This document shows positions 29,901 to 39,460 of a DNA stretch of 50,989 nucleotides, piece after piece (position 1 is the first letter of the stretch; every line of letters starts with the position of its first letter). The stretch lies in sequence record SRR20825006_1036. One strand, given 5' to 3'. The translations under genes were made by a program, and so were the position numbers. Under the pieces are notes generated by a model. The model saw only the letters and a program-made list of their open reading frames with translations, ran no database searches and was not told the origin of the DNA.

Positions 29901-30086
29901 AATACGTATGTGAACCGGTCAATGACGGGGGCTGTTGTGGGTGTACAGCCTTTTGGGGGAGATGGCTTGTCTGGCACCGGCCCGAAGGCCGGTGGCCCGC
30001 ACTACTTGCATCGTTTCGCAACTGAGCGCACCCTGACGGTGAACATTACGGCACAGGGCGGGGACGCTGAGTTGCTCAGCCTATAA
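26952..30086 (+). CDS. putA: Bifunctional proline dehydrogenase / glutamate semialdehyde dehydrogenase
   Basis: FDMLGEGA, RLVKGAYWD, ATHN, YLVRRLLENGANTSF, SAGQRCSALR, GTGPKAGGPHYL; no N-terminal RHH domain. Confidence 0.97.
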   Translation: MADTLALEKIDWHALDQIKFADEEALLEDLLKQTPLSDDLRQATMRRALELVETARARGRDKGMMESFLEEFGLSNAEGLALMCLAEALLRVPDAETRDELIAEKIRSGDWSAHQGQSESWLVNASTWGLMLTGQVIGVPASLKKGPAKFIQGLIRESGEPVIRAAMMQAMRIMGEQFVLGRTVKDAQKRGRRMVKAGDAAHFSFDMLGEGARTAEDAARYLKAYQHAIDGVAAEKDKSTAPEQGNGVSVKMSALHPRYEAVNRARIMDEMYPSVLELCERAAKANINLCLDAEEADRLVLSLQILDRLAREPSLRNWNGLGLAVQAYQKRAGDVIDRLKDLAEQTGHRFMVRLVKGAYWDSEIKHAHVEGYPNFPVFTTKAGTDFNYLACARKMLEAKDAIYPQFATHNAHSVAAIEMLADEIGNSTFEFQRLHGMGEALYGAAGLGRRVRVYAPVGAHKDLLPYLVRRLLENGANTSFVHSFLDPDVPPEQVVADPIVKVEVGPRRHPRIPTPPRLYGAERRNSTGLDLSQRSVRDEMAAAIKSFRDSPSIAAGPIVSGKAVTGGGEMIRVPFDTETVLGSCREAQDDDIDRALTAATRFQPGWDELGGAERAKHLRAMGDALEENAERLIALMAREAGKTLADGIAEVREAVDFCRYYAMQAEAEFTTLQKLPGPTGETNHISLHGRGVFCCISPWNFPLAIFTGQVSAALAAGNTVVAKPAEQTPLIAFEAVKLFQKVGLPGDALHLLPGGGESVGAKLIGDLRVSGVCFTGGTTTARIINKTLADRDGPITPLIAETGGLNSMFVDTTALREQVIDDVIDSAFGSAGQRCSALRIVFLPNETADHLIEGLIGAMDELNIGDPGQPNTDLGPVIDAESRASLQAYVQMMKDEAKVLHQLSPGRIGETGYGFGPALIELSSIDQITEEKFGPILHVLRYDPDDIAEVGAMMRGKGYGLTLGVHSRLESFQQEVRDAYPVGNTYVNRSMTGAVVGVQPFGGDGLSGTGPKAGGPHYLHRFATERTLTVNITAQGGDAELLSL

Positions 30087-30097
30087 CGGAGTTTTGC

Positions 30098-30967
30098 ATG
30101 AAGAGACTTGCCTTGATTGCGTTGACGGGGGCGCTTTTGCTGGCGGCTGGGTGTCAGAAACAGGTTCGGGACTTGTCGGACGTGAGTGAAACGTCAAGTG
30201 AGGTTGACGAGGCAGGTGAAGAAGACACCGCGATTGATGTAGCGACAATTGCTTCGGTAGACGAACTTCCCCGCGAGATCATCGTCGATGATGAGTTTCT
30301 CAAGGCTGAGGTCACAATTGATGAGGCCGTGTTCTCCAAGGCGCCAGCCATTGGCATGGATCTGGTAGAGAATGCACAAATCCGGATCGAGGCGATGTCG
30401 GAAGACGCCCAAGCCTACAAAGCGGCAGACCCGGATTACTTCCGAGCCTATGGCCTACGGATCAATTGGGATATCGTAGCTGAGAGTGGAAATGTTGTGA
30501 GCCTCGAAGGCTTCCATTATACGTTCACTGGCGGCGCACATGGAAATTACTTCACCGCTGGACGGCTCTATAACGGAGCGACTGGCGAACCGATGCGGCT
30601 CAGCAGTTTTCTTCGTGAACCGCAGGCTGCCATTCAGACGCACATGAATGAAGTATGGACGGAAATAGCCCGGCAAAAAGTCAAGAAGAGCGGAAATGTA
30701 TCAGACCTTGAGCGTTTCAGGAGCGAGGCGATGGAGCTGGTTAGCGCTGACATGGTTCTGGCGGGGGAAGTGAACTTCGTGCCATCGACTCTGCCCGGCA
30801 GGTTCGGCGGGTATGCAGTTCACTTTGCCCCCTATGACATCGGCTCATATGCGGAAGGATCCTATCATGTCACAATTCCTCAATCAGTGTTCCGTGAGTC
30901 CGTGAAGCAGCAATATGTATCTTTGTTCGATGGAGAACCTGCCGCCGTTGAACGATTGGGCGAGTAG
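30098..30967 (+). CDS. DUF4163/DUF3298 (RsiV/PdaC-like) lipoprotein
   Basis: AAGC lipobox, YTFTGGAHGN, FAPYDIGSYAEG motifs. Confidence 0.8.
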   Translation: MKRLALIALTGALLLAAGCQKQVRDLSDVSETSSEVDEAGEEDTAIDVATIASVDELPREIIVDDEFLKAEVTIDEAVFSKAPAIGMDLVENAQIRIEAMSEDAQAYKAADPDYFRAYGLRINWDIVAESGNVVSLEGFHYTFTGGAHGNYFTAGRLYNGATGEPMRLSSFLREPQAAIQTHMNEVWTEIARQKVKKSGNVSDLERFRSEAMELVSADMVLAGEVNFVPSTLPGRFGGYAVHFAPYDIGSYAEGSYHVTIPQSVFRESVKQQYVSLFDGEPAAVERLGE

Positions 30968-30974
30968 CGCGAGA

Positions 30975-32738
30975 TTATTCGACCGTATCGTGATCAATCT
31001 CGAGAAGTCTCAGACGTGACCCGGTTATTGGTGAGACTTCTACAAGACCCGGCCAGCCCTTGCTGGAACTCAGGGTCGCATAGAGAAGGGCCGCGCTCGG
31101 ATCAGCGCTCGTCTCAGGCAGGGTGCAAATCGCTACATAGCTATAAGGTGCAAGCGCTTGCGTGCGCAGCTCCGGGTTTGTCAACGCAAAGGTCTGGAAG
31201 ACGCGTTCGATGCCTGGGGAGGCTCTGTGAAACGGCATCGCGGCAATCTTGTGTGGGGAGCCTGTGTCGGAGATGTATTCCGCCAGCGTGAGAGACAGGC
31301 CGAGCGGTGCCATGATCCTAGAGGCCGGTAACGTCTCCAGGCTGGAGAGATCGGCATCCCGGCATGCATCGCCCTCCATGTAATCGATCAAGGTGAGCGC
31401 CCGGCCTGTTGGTTTGATGAGCAGGGCGAAGCTGGCCAGCAGGAGCGCGGGCGGCAACAAGACCGCGATGGCTCTTCGTGCGCCCCCATTCTCCCTTACC
31501 CTCTCGATGAACAGGGGGAGGAAGAGGGGCAGGAGCGCGGCGGGAAATTTGAAGTTTCGCATTTGCCAGGCTGTGAGCAGTGTGCCCAGCGTAGCTATCA
31601 GCAGTAGGATCAGAACGGGAGACCGGTAAGTCTTGGGGTTCATCCATGCGCCGAGTGTGAGCGCCAGTAGAACCATGAAGATGAGCACGAGTAGGTTCTC
31701 GCCACGTGCGAAGGCACTCGCAGGTCCCTTTTCCTGGATGACATTCGAGATCCAGTAAGTATGGGCAGTCTCATTGATCATGGTGTAGGGGCCTGCATGG
31801 CATTCGGGAAACGCCGTCCACAGAACGCCCAGAACAACAAGCGCACCTGCCACGAGCACTCCTAGTCGCGCGGTCGGGCTGTGCAGGCCAAGACGTTTCC
31901 AGATGATAGGCGCACCCGCAGCTACGACTCCAGCCGCTATCAAGGCGCTGGCCCAAGGGGCTGACAGGGCATCGCACTGCGTCTGGAAAAGTGCCCCGCC
32001 GGTCAGGAGCAGCCCGGCGGGCAGGGTGAATGCCAACAATGACCATCCAGTGAGGCTCAACCTCGCCACCATGGTTGAATTTGGTGCGAGGGCCGCGTGG
32101 ATAGCTACTCCTGCAAGGGCGAGCGTAATGTAGGGCGCGCACTCGAGGCCGACAGCGATGGAGAGGACGCTTGCGACGCCGACGAGAATGCCTGCAAACC
32201 GATGTTTCGACACGATCCCGAGGCAGAGCGCAAGCAGCAGGACGATCTGCACATTGTGATGGTCGACCCGGTTTGGCATGAACTCGATTACGGCAAACAG
32301 GGAGGCGACCGCCGTAGCGCCAATCTGCGGCAGGCTTGGCTGCTCCCCAAGGATCTCCCGGATCAGCCGCACGGCCAGCCACGCATATGCGATGAGCCAG
32401 AGCAGTGGAACGACAAAACGAGCTATCTCGAACGCCGCGTCCTGTCCAAAAGCGGGATGGAATAGCCAAGTGACCAGCACATATGGTAGATCAACCAGAC
32501 GCGACCAAGGTGAGACGTACGACTCCGGCATGGCCAGGAAGGGCCACGTCAAATCATGCCACTCACCATCGCGCAGCAGGTCGGCGATTTGCAGCCGCCG
32601 GGCGATGTCGTCAATATCCTGAACCGTGCTGCCATTAACGGCGTCGCCAGCCAGCAGACCTATGGCAATGAGCAGAAAAGTCCCTATCGGCAGCAGTGAC
32701 GAGAGCCGAGAGCGTAGCGATGTATTTTCAGGTTGCAC
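30975..32738 (-). CDS. Polytopic membrane protein of unknown function (GT-C-like)
   Basis: Many TM segments; DIDDIARR, WSRLVDLP, RVDHHN motifs; soluble C-terminus; start uncertain (GTG 32738 or ATG 32756). Confidence 0.75.
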   Translation of the reverse strand: MQPENTSLRSRLSSLLPIGTFLLIAIGLLAGDAVNGSTVQDIDDIARRLQIADLLRDGEWHDLTWPFLAMPESYVSPWSRLVDLPYVLVTWLFHPAFGQDAAFEIARFVVPLLWLIAYAWLAVRLIREILGEQPSLPQIGATAVASLFAVIEFMPNRVDHHNVQIVLLLALCLGIVSKHRFAGILVGVASVLSIAVGLECAPYITLALAGVAIHAALAPNSTMVARLSLTGWSLLAFTLPAGLLLTGGALFQTQCDALSAPWASALIAAGVVAAGAPIIWKRLGLHSPTARLGVLVAGALVVLGVLWTAFPECHAGPYTMINETAHTYWISNVIQEKGPASAFARGENLLVLIFMVLLALTLGAWMNPKTYRSPVLILLLIATLGTLLTAWQMRNFKFPAALLPLFLPLFIERVRENGGARRAIAVLLPPALLLASFALLIKPTGRALTLIDYMEGDACRDADLSSLETLPASRIMAPLGLSLTLAEYISDTGSPHKIAAMPFHRASPGIERVFQTFALTNPELRTQALAPYSYVAICTLPETSADPSAALLYATLSSSKGWPGLVEVSPITGSRLRLLEIDHDTVE

Positions 32739-32822
32739 CGCGTGCTGACTCCCCATCGTCCAGGGGTGCACACTAGGCTGAAAACATGAAGAAAAGCCCA
32801 AAACAAGCCCAGAGGGCCGGTG

Positions 32823-33272
32823 TCAGTCGTTGCAGGCCTGATAGGAAAAGTCTCGCCGGTTGGACCCGTCTTCCAGCGCAATATGCGCTTTCAGAGTGTC
32901 GCCCTCGCGTTGGTAGTGAATTAGCTGCGGATAGTCGTGTGCGCTGTTGATGAAAGTAACCGACTGGTCCCCCTGCAGGCTTTCCACGAATTTCGACGGG
33001 CCAACGCCCGCCGGATAGACATTGAGCACGTAGAGCGGGCCGGGTTTGATGCGCATCTGCTCAAAAAAGCTCACGCCGCCATCACCCAATGTCACCGCAT
33101 AGCCGAAAAGATAGCCCGCTTCCGGAATTGACCAGACTTCCTTTGATGTTCCGCTTTCGCTGATCCAACAGCCTGTAATCCACGCTAAAGGGTGCGCGGG
33201 CGGACCTGGTTCGACTGGACCGGTTGATGTGCAGCCAGCCAGCGCAAGAAGTCCAAGCAAGCTTCGTTTCAT
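32823..33272 (-). CDS. DUF6265-like lipoprotein
   Basis: LAGC lipobox; LAWITGCW, FFEQMRI, F.N..HDYPQ.I.Y. Confidence 0.75.
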   Translation of the reverse strand: MKRSLLGLLALAGCTSTGPVEPGPPAHPLAWITGCWISESGTSKEVWSIPEAGYLFGYAVTLGDGGVSFFEQMRIKPGPLYVLNVYPAGVGPSKFVESLQGDQSVTFINSAHDYPQLIHYQREGDTLKAHIALEDGSNRRDFSYQACND

Positions 33273-33298
33273 GTGATCACCTGCATTCAGTCGGGGCT

Positions 33299-33739
33299 CT
33301 AGTCCCCTGATACCATGAAATGCGCCATCAGAGTCGTAACCGGCTTGGCGCGTTCATCCTGCCACGCCTCTGCGCGGACCGAACACATGCGCCGCCCCAT
33401 CTTGGTGATTTCTGCGCGGGCGTAGAGGTCTTTGGCGTGGCCTTGGCGGAGATAGTCGATCGTCAGATTGATAGGCCGCGGCGGACGCTCAAGATGCTCG
33501 GTAACCAGAAACACTTGTGCCTGCGATGTCAGTTCCAGAAAGGCGGCGATGGCACCGCCGTGAATGGCCTTGATCATGAAATTGCCAATCAGCTTTTCCT
33601 GATACGGCATGATCATGGTCATTTCGTCGCCCATGACTTCGCATCTCAAGCCCATTTCCTGGGCGAGGGGGGTGCGAGCAATGAAGGCGCGGACTTCATC
33701 GGCGCGCGTCTGTTCAGTCGTATCCATGTCATTCGCCAC
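33299..33739 (-). CDS. PaaI-type hotdog thioesterase
   Basis: LIGN...AIHGGAIAAFLE, NLTIDYLR; GTG start overlaps the upstream stop (TAGTG). Confidence 0.88.
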   Translation of the reverse strand: MANDMDTTEQTRADEVRAFIARTPLAQEMGLRCEVMGDEMTMIMPYQEKLIGNFMIKAIHGGAIAAFLELTSQAQVFLVTEHLERPPRPINLTIDYLRQGHAKDLYARAEITKMGRRMCSVRAEAWQDERAKPVTTLMAHFMVSGD

Positions 33740-34218
33740 TACATCGTCCTCATGCTGTCAACCGAGCGCGGTTTGTTGATGGCGAATGCACCTGCGGCGG
33801 TGGCAATCACCTTGTCGCGGCTCTCATGATAGGCCCAAGCGCGGGTGAAGCAGATGTTCCGCGTCACGTGATAGCATTCGGCTTCGCCAATAATGTCGCG
33901 TCCCTTGTCAGCCGGGCGCATATAGTCGAGACGCAAGTCCAGTGTCGCCACGAAACGCGGTTTGGGCAGGGCAGAGCTGGCGGCCGTACCGCACAAATTG
34001 TCAAGAAATGCGGTCAGGACGCCGCCATGAATCACGCCGGTGTCCGGATCACCCACCAGGCGTTCTTTCCAGGGCTGCAGGCCCCAGACATGACCTTTCT
34101 CAATACGGGTAAACCGGAACGCCATGCGGCGTCCCCACGGGATACCGCCACTGATCATGTCTATGTTTTCGTTCATGACCTCCCAAGGCGCGGGAGATGA
34201 CGCGGCGTCATCGCTCAT
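33739..34218 (-). CDS. PaaI-type hotdog thioesterase
   Basis: LVGDPDTGVIHGGVLTAFLD, ATLDLRLDYMRPA; GAGGA RBS before MSDD. Confidence 0.9.
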   Translation of the reverse strand: MSDDAASSPAPWEVMNENIDMISGGIPWGRRMAFRFTRIEKGHVWGLQPWKERLVGDPDTGVIHGGVLTAFLDNLCGTAASSALPKPRFVATLDLRLDYMRPADKGRDIIGEAECYHVTRNICFTRAWAYHESRDKVIATAAGAFAINKPRSVDSMRTM

Positions 34219-34308
34219 AATGGTCCTCATTCGTTTGACGAGTCGTTCTGCCCGGATAACATCATTGGCGATAGAGCAAAACAAAGAGCTCATGTGGAGG
34301 AAGATGAG

Positions 34309-35640
34309 ATGGCATTTGATGGCGTGACGAAGCCCAAGGTTTGTATCATTGGGGCAGGGTGCTCCGGCTTCACGATGGCCAAGCGTCTGAAGGATTATGA
34401 CATCCCGTATGATTGTTTCGAGATGTCGGACAATATCGGCGGCAATTGGTATTACAAAAACCCGAACGGCGCTTCGTCTTGCTATCAGTCTCTCCATATC
34501 GATACGTCGAAGTGGCGCCTTGCCTTTGAGGATTATCCGGTTCCTGAGGATTGGCCGGATTTCCCCCACCATTCCCAACTGCTTCAATACTTCCACGACT
34601 ATGTCGATCATTTTGGGTTGCGCGAAACAATCACGTTCAACACGGCGGTGACCGATGTCGCGGACTTGCCCGGCAATCGATGGAAAGTGACGCTATCAAC
34701 CGGTGAAAGCCGCGAATATGACGCCGTTATCGTGGCGAACGGACATCACTGGGATCCGCGCATGCCGGAATATCCGGGGTCGTTCGATGGTTATCAGGTA
34801 CATTCGCACAATTATACGGATCCGTTCGAGCCATATGACTTCCGGGGCAAGCGCGCCATGATTGTTGGCGGCGGGAATTCGGCCATGGATATCTCGTCGG
34901 AGCTTTCCCAGCGTCCCCTGACCGAGCGCCTGTTTATATCCATGCGTCGAGGTGTCTGGGTCTTGCCGAAATACATGGATGGACAGCCGGCCGACAAGGC
35001 CGTGTTGCCAGGCTGGTTGCCATCGGGGATTGGGCGTGCGTTGGCGCGCAAGAAGATCAAGAAGACTATCGGCATGATGGAGGATTATGGCCTACCAAAG
35101 CCGGACCATGAGCCGCTCGATGGGCATCCATCCGTATCCGGTGAATTCCTGACGCGTGTCGGATGTGGGGACATATGCCCCAAGCCGGGTATCGAACGTC
35201 TTGATGGAGACGGTGTGGTCTTCACAGATGGGACACGGGAGAAGATCGATGCGATTGTCTGGGCGACAGGCTACAATGTGACGTTCCCGTTCCTGAAGCA
35301 GGACGATCTGACCCCAAAGGAAAACGTGTTCCCGCTTTACAAGCGTATGGTGAAACCGGGACGTGAGACCATCTTTTTCCTCGGCCTGGCGCAGCCATTG
35401 CCCACGCTCGTGAACTTCGCCGAGCAACAATCCAAACTGGTCGGCGCAGCGCTGAACGGCGAATATGCGTTTCCGTCAATCCAGGAGATGGAGCGGATTA
35501 CAAAAGAAGATGAACAGCAGCATCTTGGCCATTTCTATGACAGTCCGCGTCATCGGATGCAGGTCGATTTCAATCTTTATTGCAAAGACCTGAAGAAAGA
35601 GATTGAACAGGGGGCGAAGCGCGGGCGCGTGGTTGCCTGA
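34309..35640 (+). CDS. Flavin-containing monooxygenase (class B FMO)
   Basis: GAGCSG and GGGNSA Rossmann motifs, FxGxxxHSxxY (FDGYQVHSHNY), ATGY. Confidence 0.93.
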   Translation: MAFDGVTKPKVCIIGAGCSGFTMAKRLKDYDIPYDCFEMSDNIGGNWYYKNPNGASSCYQSLHIDTSKWRLAFEDYPVPEDWPDFPHHSQLLQYFHDYVDHFGLRETITFNTAVTDVADLPGNRWKVTLSTGESREYDAVIVANGHHWDPRMPEYPGSFDGYQVHSHNYTDPFEPYDFRGKRAMIVGGGNSAMDISSELSQRPLTERLFISMRRGVWVLPKYMDGQPADKAVLPGWLPSGIGRALARKKIKKTIGMMEDYGLPKPDHEPLDGHPSVSGEFLTRVGCGDICPKPGIERLDGDGVVFTDGTREKIDAIVWATGYNVTFPFLKQDDLTPKENVFPLYKRMVKPGRETIFFLGLAQPLPTLVNFAEQQSKLVGAALNGEYAFPSIQEMERITKEDEQQHLGHFYDSPRHRMQVDFNLYCKDLKKEIEQGAKRGRVVA

Positions 35641-35672
35641 TGTTAACCGGTCGGGGGGTATAAAGAGGGCCC

Positions 35673-36362
35673 ATGACCCGATTGCCTTTCCTGTCTGCCG
35701 CCTTATTGCTGGCTGCTTGTGCGTCGCCAGCGCCGGTGAAGATACACTATCCGCCGGCAGAAACCCCTGACGCGTCTGTCGGTGCGGCGCCCGTGGGCAC
35801 TGTGGCAGAGCAGGGACCCTTCGCTCCGAACGCCTATTTGCGAGCTTGTTACGGGATCCGGGTCTCCAATTCGCCGATCGTGGACAAGGATGGCTGGGTC
35901 GTGAACTACAAGCCGATCGTGGTGGTGAACGGCATACCGCTTGCCGCCGCGCCGGCAAATGATGTCTGTCTCACGTCAGGCTTTGGCCAGCGCTTTGGCA
36001 GGCGACACGATGGTATCGACCTGCAGTCTCGCCCGGCGGGGACGATTTACGCCAGTGCACCGGGCAAAATCATCGAGTCCCGTGTCTCGACAGGGTATGG
36101 CAACATGGTGCTGATCGATCATGGCAAGGGTGTTTACACGCGTTACGCTCACCTCGCCTATATCCAGCCGGGCGTTACCAAGGGCGCAACAATTGGCTTC
36201 GGCCAGCCCGTTGGCTTCATGGGGGCCAGCGGCAATGCGACCGCTATTCATATCCACTTCGAAATCCTGACAGGCGACTACAGGAACCCGCGCGGTTCCA
36301 AAGGCCTCATGCCGCGTGACCCTTTTTCATTTCCACCTTATGAGTATGCTCAGGCCTATTAG
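35673..36362 (+). CDS. M23 family metallopeptidase lipoprotein
   Basis: LAAC lipobox, HDGID, GYGN, YAHL, HIHFE. Confidence 0.92.
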   Translation: MTRLPFLSAALLLAACASPAPVKIHYPPAETPDASVGAAPVGTVAEQGPFAPNAYLRACYGIRVSNSPIVDKDGWVVNYKPIVVVNGIPLAAAPANDVCLTSGFGQRFGRRHDGIDLQSRPAGTIYASAPGKIIESRVSTGYGNMVLIDHGKGVYTRYAHLAYIQPGVTKGATIGFGQPVGFMGASGNATAIHIHFEILTGDYRNPRGSKGLMPRDPFSFPPYEYAQAY

Positions 36363-36378
36363 GGACTGGGAGGACGAT

Positions 36379-36978
36379 ATGAGGGGGTTTTGGATCGCGG
36401 GCATCGTGTCGACGTTCATGCTCGGGGCATGTACGACAGGGCCCATGCCAGACGGAGAGTCGGTTTCGACCAGCGTACCTATCAGTGAGGAAAGCGCTTT
36501 CGCGGCGGATTTCGGTATGCTGGCGGATTTGGTGGGGACGCGCTGGTACGGCGAACCAAGTCAGGCAGACGCAGAGCTCGGCCAGCCGGCTGATTATTCC
36601 GAATGGAACTGGGATCTGGGCGGTTCGGTTCTGGTCAATCGACACGTGCTGGCGGATGGCTCTTATGGCGGTTTGACTTACGTCCAGAAGAACCAGAAGT
36701 CGGAGAAGCTCGACTATGTCTACATTACCAGTGCCGGCTTCCGGACATCGGGCAGCTTCACGCTCAATGAAGATAACAGCTGGACCGCGTATGAAGAGGT
36801 GACCGGCCTGAGCGATATTATTGGCGTGCGCTCGACCGGTCGCATGACTGAAGACGGCGCATTGGTGTCGGAATCAGAATTCGAGACTCGTGATGGCTGG
36901 GTACCCGGTCACACCTTTCGCTACGAGCCAACCAGTGACCCCATGCCGAATTTGGTGCCCAATCTGGAGATCGAGTGA
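36379..36978 (+). CDS. Hypothetical lipoprotein (beta-rich)
   Basis: GGAGG RBS; LGAC lipobox; operon-like spacing. Confidence 0.75.
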   Translation: MRGFWIAGIVSTFMLGACTTGPMPDGESVSTSVPISEESAFAADFGMLADLVGTRWYGEPSQADAELGQPADYSEWNWDLGGSVLVNRHVLADGSYGGLTYVQKNQKSEKLDYVYITSAGFRTSGSFTLNEDNSWTAYEEVTGLSDIIGVRSTGRMTEDGALVSESEFETRDGWVPGHTFRYEPTSDPMPNLVPNLEIE

Positions 36979-37664
36979 AGTCTTTCCTTGATCCTGACCT
37001 GATTGCGCGAACCTATCGCGATCCGATCGCGGTGGCCGTTCTCTTGGTTGACTTGTTGCCGATCCTTGCGGTGCTCGTTTTCGGCTGGGGCGCAACGCCG
37101 CTTGTGGCGCTCTACTGGCTGGAAAACCTTGTCATTGGCATGTTTACCGTATTGCGCATGGTTGCAACGCTCGCCGGGAACATCGTGAACCTGTTTACCG
37201 TGCTCTTCATCGTGCCATTCTTTACACTCCATTATGGCATGTTCTGTTTTGGTCACGGCGTTTTCATCCAGGCACTCGCGACGAGCGGATCTACCACTGG
37301 CAGCTCCGGTATGCCGGGATTGGTCTATTGGGCGTTGAGTTCGGGGCAGGGGATGGTCTGGTTTGTTGCTGCGATCATTGCGATCAATCTGGTGATCTAC
37401 TTCACAGACTTTCTTATGAAAGGCGAGTTCCGGGAAACCCAGCCGATTGTTGAAATGTTCGCACCCTATGGTCGGATTGTGACCCTGCACGTGGCCATCA
37501 TCCTTGGGGCCGTATTCGCGATTGCGACGAACGAGCCGCTTCTGGGGGTCGTCTTCTTGATCTTCCTGCGCGTCGTGTTCGGCGTGATCGTGTCGGCCAT
37601 GCGCCAACGCAAACTGGACAGGGCTAGCCATGCGCTTATGAAAGAATTCCCGTCAACAGCGTAA
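36975..37664 (+). CDS. DUF6498-like membrane protein
   Basis: LYWLENLVIG, FFTLHYGMFCFGHG, MFAPYGRIVTLHVAII; GTGA overlap with the upstream gene. Confidence 0.8.
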   Translation: MKSFLDPDLIARTYRDPIAVAVLLVDLLPILAVLVFGWGATPLVALYWLENLVIGMFTVLRMVATLAGNIVNLFTVLFIVPFFTLHYGMFCFGHGVFIQALATSGSTTGSSGMPGLVYWALSSGQGMVWFVAAIIAINLVIYFTDFLMKGEFRETQPIVEMFAPYGRIVTLHVAIILGAVFAIATNEPLLGVVFLIFLRVVFGVIVSAMRQRKLDRASHALMKEFPSTA

Positions 37665-37668
37665 AAAG

Positions 37669-37697
37669 TTGACGGGTGATGACGCCTTGGTCATGAT
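37669..37697 (+). promoter_or_regulatory. Promoter of the TetR gene with an operator-like palindrome
   Basis: TTGACG N17 CATGAT; ATGAC-N6-GTCAT at 37679-37694 spans the spacer and -10. Confidence 0.55.
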
Positions 37698-37724
37698 GTG
37701 GGGCTTCCCTCAGGAAAGGCGTGT

Positions 37725-38351
37725 ATGAGCTCCATCGTAAAGACACTGGCCGGTTCAACCGGAAAGCGGGCCAGATCCAAGGCTGCCAACCGACGGGCCA
37801 TCCTGCAGGCGGGGCGCCGCGTGTTTGCGCGGATCGGCTTCGAGGCCACGACGGTACGCGACATTATCCGGGAAACCGAACTCGCCGCTGGCACCTTCTA
37901 CAACTACTTCAAGTCGAAAGAAGAGGTGTTCGAAGCGATTGCCGAAGATTCCACGCATCGCTTCCGTTCACGCCTGCAGGATGTTCGCGCCTATGCCACG
38001 GACTTCGAAACCTATGTCCATGATGCCTATCGGGCCTATTTCGGTTTCATCGCGACCGAGAATGAAGAACCGATCCGCAATGGCGCGCCGCATCTGGCCC
38101 TGATCGGCGTACGAGTTGATACGCCCGAAATGCTGGCCGTGGCAGAAGAAATCCGCGCCGATCTGGAACATGTCCTGTCCGGCGAGGGCGGCCCCAAGAT
38201 CGACACAGCCTATCTGACGGCGGCGGCCATCGGAATTGCCCGTGAAATGGGTGAGCACATGTTGCTGCGCCGCCCGGTAGATGTTGACGGTGCAACGGAA
38301 TTCGCGACGGCCTTGCTGCTGGCGGGCGTGCGGGAGATTGCCGCGAAGTAA
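37725..38351 (+). CDS. TetR/AcrR family transcriptional regulator
   Basis: GFEATTVRDIIRETELAAGTFYNYFKSKEEVF helix-turn-helix. Confidence 0.93.
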   Translation: MSSIVKTLAGSTGKRARSKAANRRAILQAGRRVFARIGFEATTVRDIIRETELAAGTFYNYFKSKEEVFEAIAEDSTHRFRSRLQDVRAYATDFETYVHDAYRAYFGFIATENEEPIRNGAPHLALIGVRVDTPEMLAVAEEIRADLEHVLSGEGGPKIDTAYLTAAAIGIAREMGEHMLLRRPVDVDGATEFATALLLAGVREIAAK

Positions 38352-38425
38352 GGAGAAACGCCTCTTGGCGCGGACGCGCTTGCAAGGCTAAGCTTTTTGT
38401 CAACAAGACAGGACGGGAGGCGACC

Positions 38426-39460
38426 ATGAGCCTGCAGCAGATAATCACCAAATTCATCTTCAAACTGCCGGACGGCCTGCTGGTGCGCATGGCCGGCGGC
38501 AAGCCGGTCGAAGTGCGGGGCCGCGTCCTCGAGCCGCAATTGCAACTGGTTGCATGGAATGGCCGCAACGCACCGCCGATGTCGACCTTGGAACCGGAAG
38601 TCGTGCAGGCGGCTGTGAAAGAGCAGCTCGCCATGTTGGAAGCTCCGCTGGAGCCTGGCGTGACGACGGAGAATTTTACCATTCCCGGGCCCGACCGTAA
38701 CGAAATTCCGGTGCGCCTCTACAAGCCATCCGGCCAGGATTCCTCTGTGCCATTGCTGGTCTATTATCATATGGGCGGCGGCGTGGTTGGCGACCTTGAA
38801 ACCTGCAATGCATGGTGCTCGATCCTTGCTTCCGTCACCAAAGGCCCGGTCCTGTCGGTCGACTATCGGTTGGCCCCACAGCACAAGTTTCCGGCTGGTA
38901 TCGATGACTGTATCGCCGCGTATGAATGGGGCGTGCGCAATGCTGGCAAGTATGGTGCGCCCGAAGGCATGGCGGCCGTGGGCGGGGACAGTATGGGTGG
39001 CAATTTCTCGGCCATCATCTCTCAGGAGATGCAACGCGAACACAAGCCACTGCCCGTCTATCAATTGCTGATCTATCCGGCCGTGGACATGGTCGAGGAA
39101 TTCCCGTCGCGCACCGAGTTCGGAGAAACCTTCTCTCTCAGCACAGACACGATGAACTGGTTCATGGAGCAATACCTGCCGGACGATTTCGACATGTCCG
39201 ATCCGCTCCTGTCGCCGGGGCAGACCGCCGAGCTGGAAGGGTTGCCCCCAGCGATCATCATTACTGCGGGGCATGATCCATTGTGCGATGAGGGCGATGA
39301 CTATGCCAAGCGCCTCAAAAGTGCGGGCGTGAAGGTCACTCACAAGCGCTATGATACGCTACCTCATGCCTTCACGGCCTTTTCCGGTTTCTCGCCGGGC
39401 TCTCGCAAGGCATGTCTGGAAATCGCCAACATGGTGAAAGACCTCGTCTCAAAATTATGA
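38426..39460 (+). CDS. Alpha/beta hydrolase, HSL/family IV esterase
   Basis: HMGGG, VDYRLAP, GDSMGG, DPLCDEG, HAF. Confidence 0.93.
   Translation: MSLQQIITKFIFKLPDGLLVRMAGGKPVEVRGRVLEPQLQLVAWNGRNAPPMSTLEPEVVQAAVKEQLAMLEAPLEPGVTTENFTIPGPDRNEIPVRLYKPSGQDSSVPLLVYYHMGGGVVGDLETCNAWCSILASVTKGPVLSVDYRLAPQHKFPAGIDDCIAAYEWGVRNAGKYGAPEGMAAVGGDSMGGNFSAIISQEMQREHKPLPVYQLLIYPAVDMVEEFPSRTEFGETFSLSTDTMNWFMEQYLPDDFDMSDPLLSPGQTAELEGLPPAIIITAGHDPLCDEGDDYAKRLKSAGVKVTHKRYDTLPHAFTAFSGFSPGSRKACLEIANMVKDLVSKL

Noticed and set aside
34219..34611. N-terminal extension of the thioesterase ORF to 290 aa
   Set aside because: Overlaps the FMO antisense; the RBS supports a start at 34218
38210..39343. 377-aa minus-strand ORF
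   Set aside because: Antisense shadow of the esterase and TetR genes
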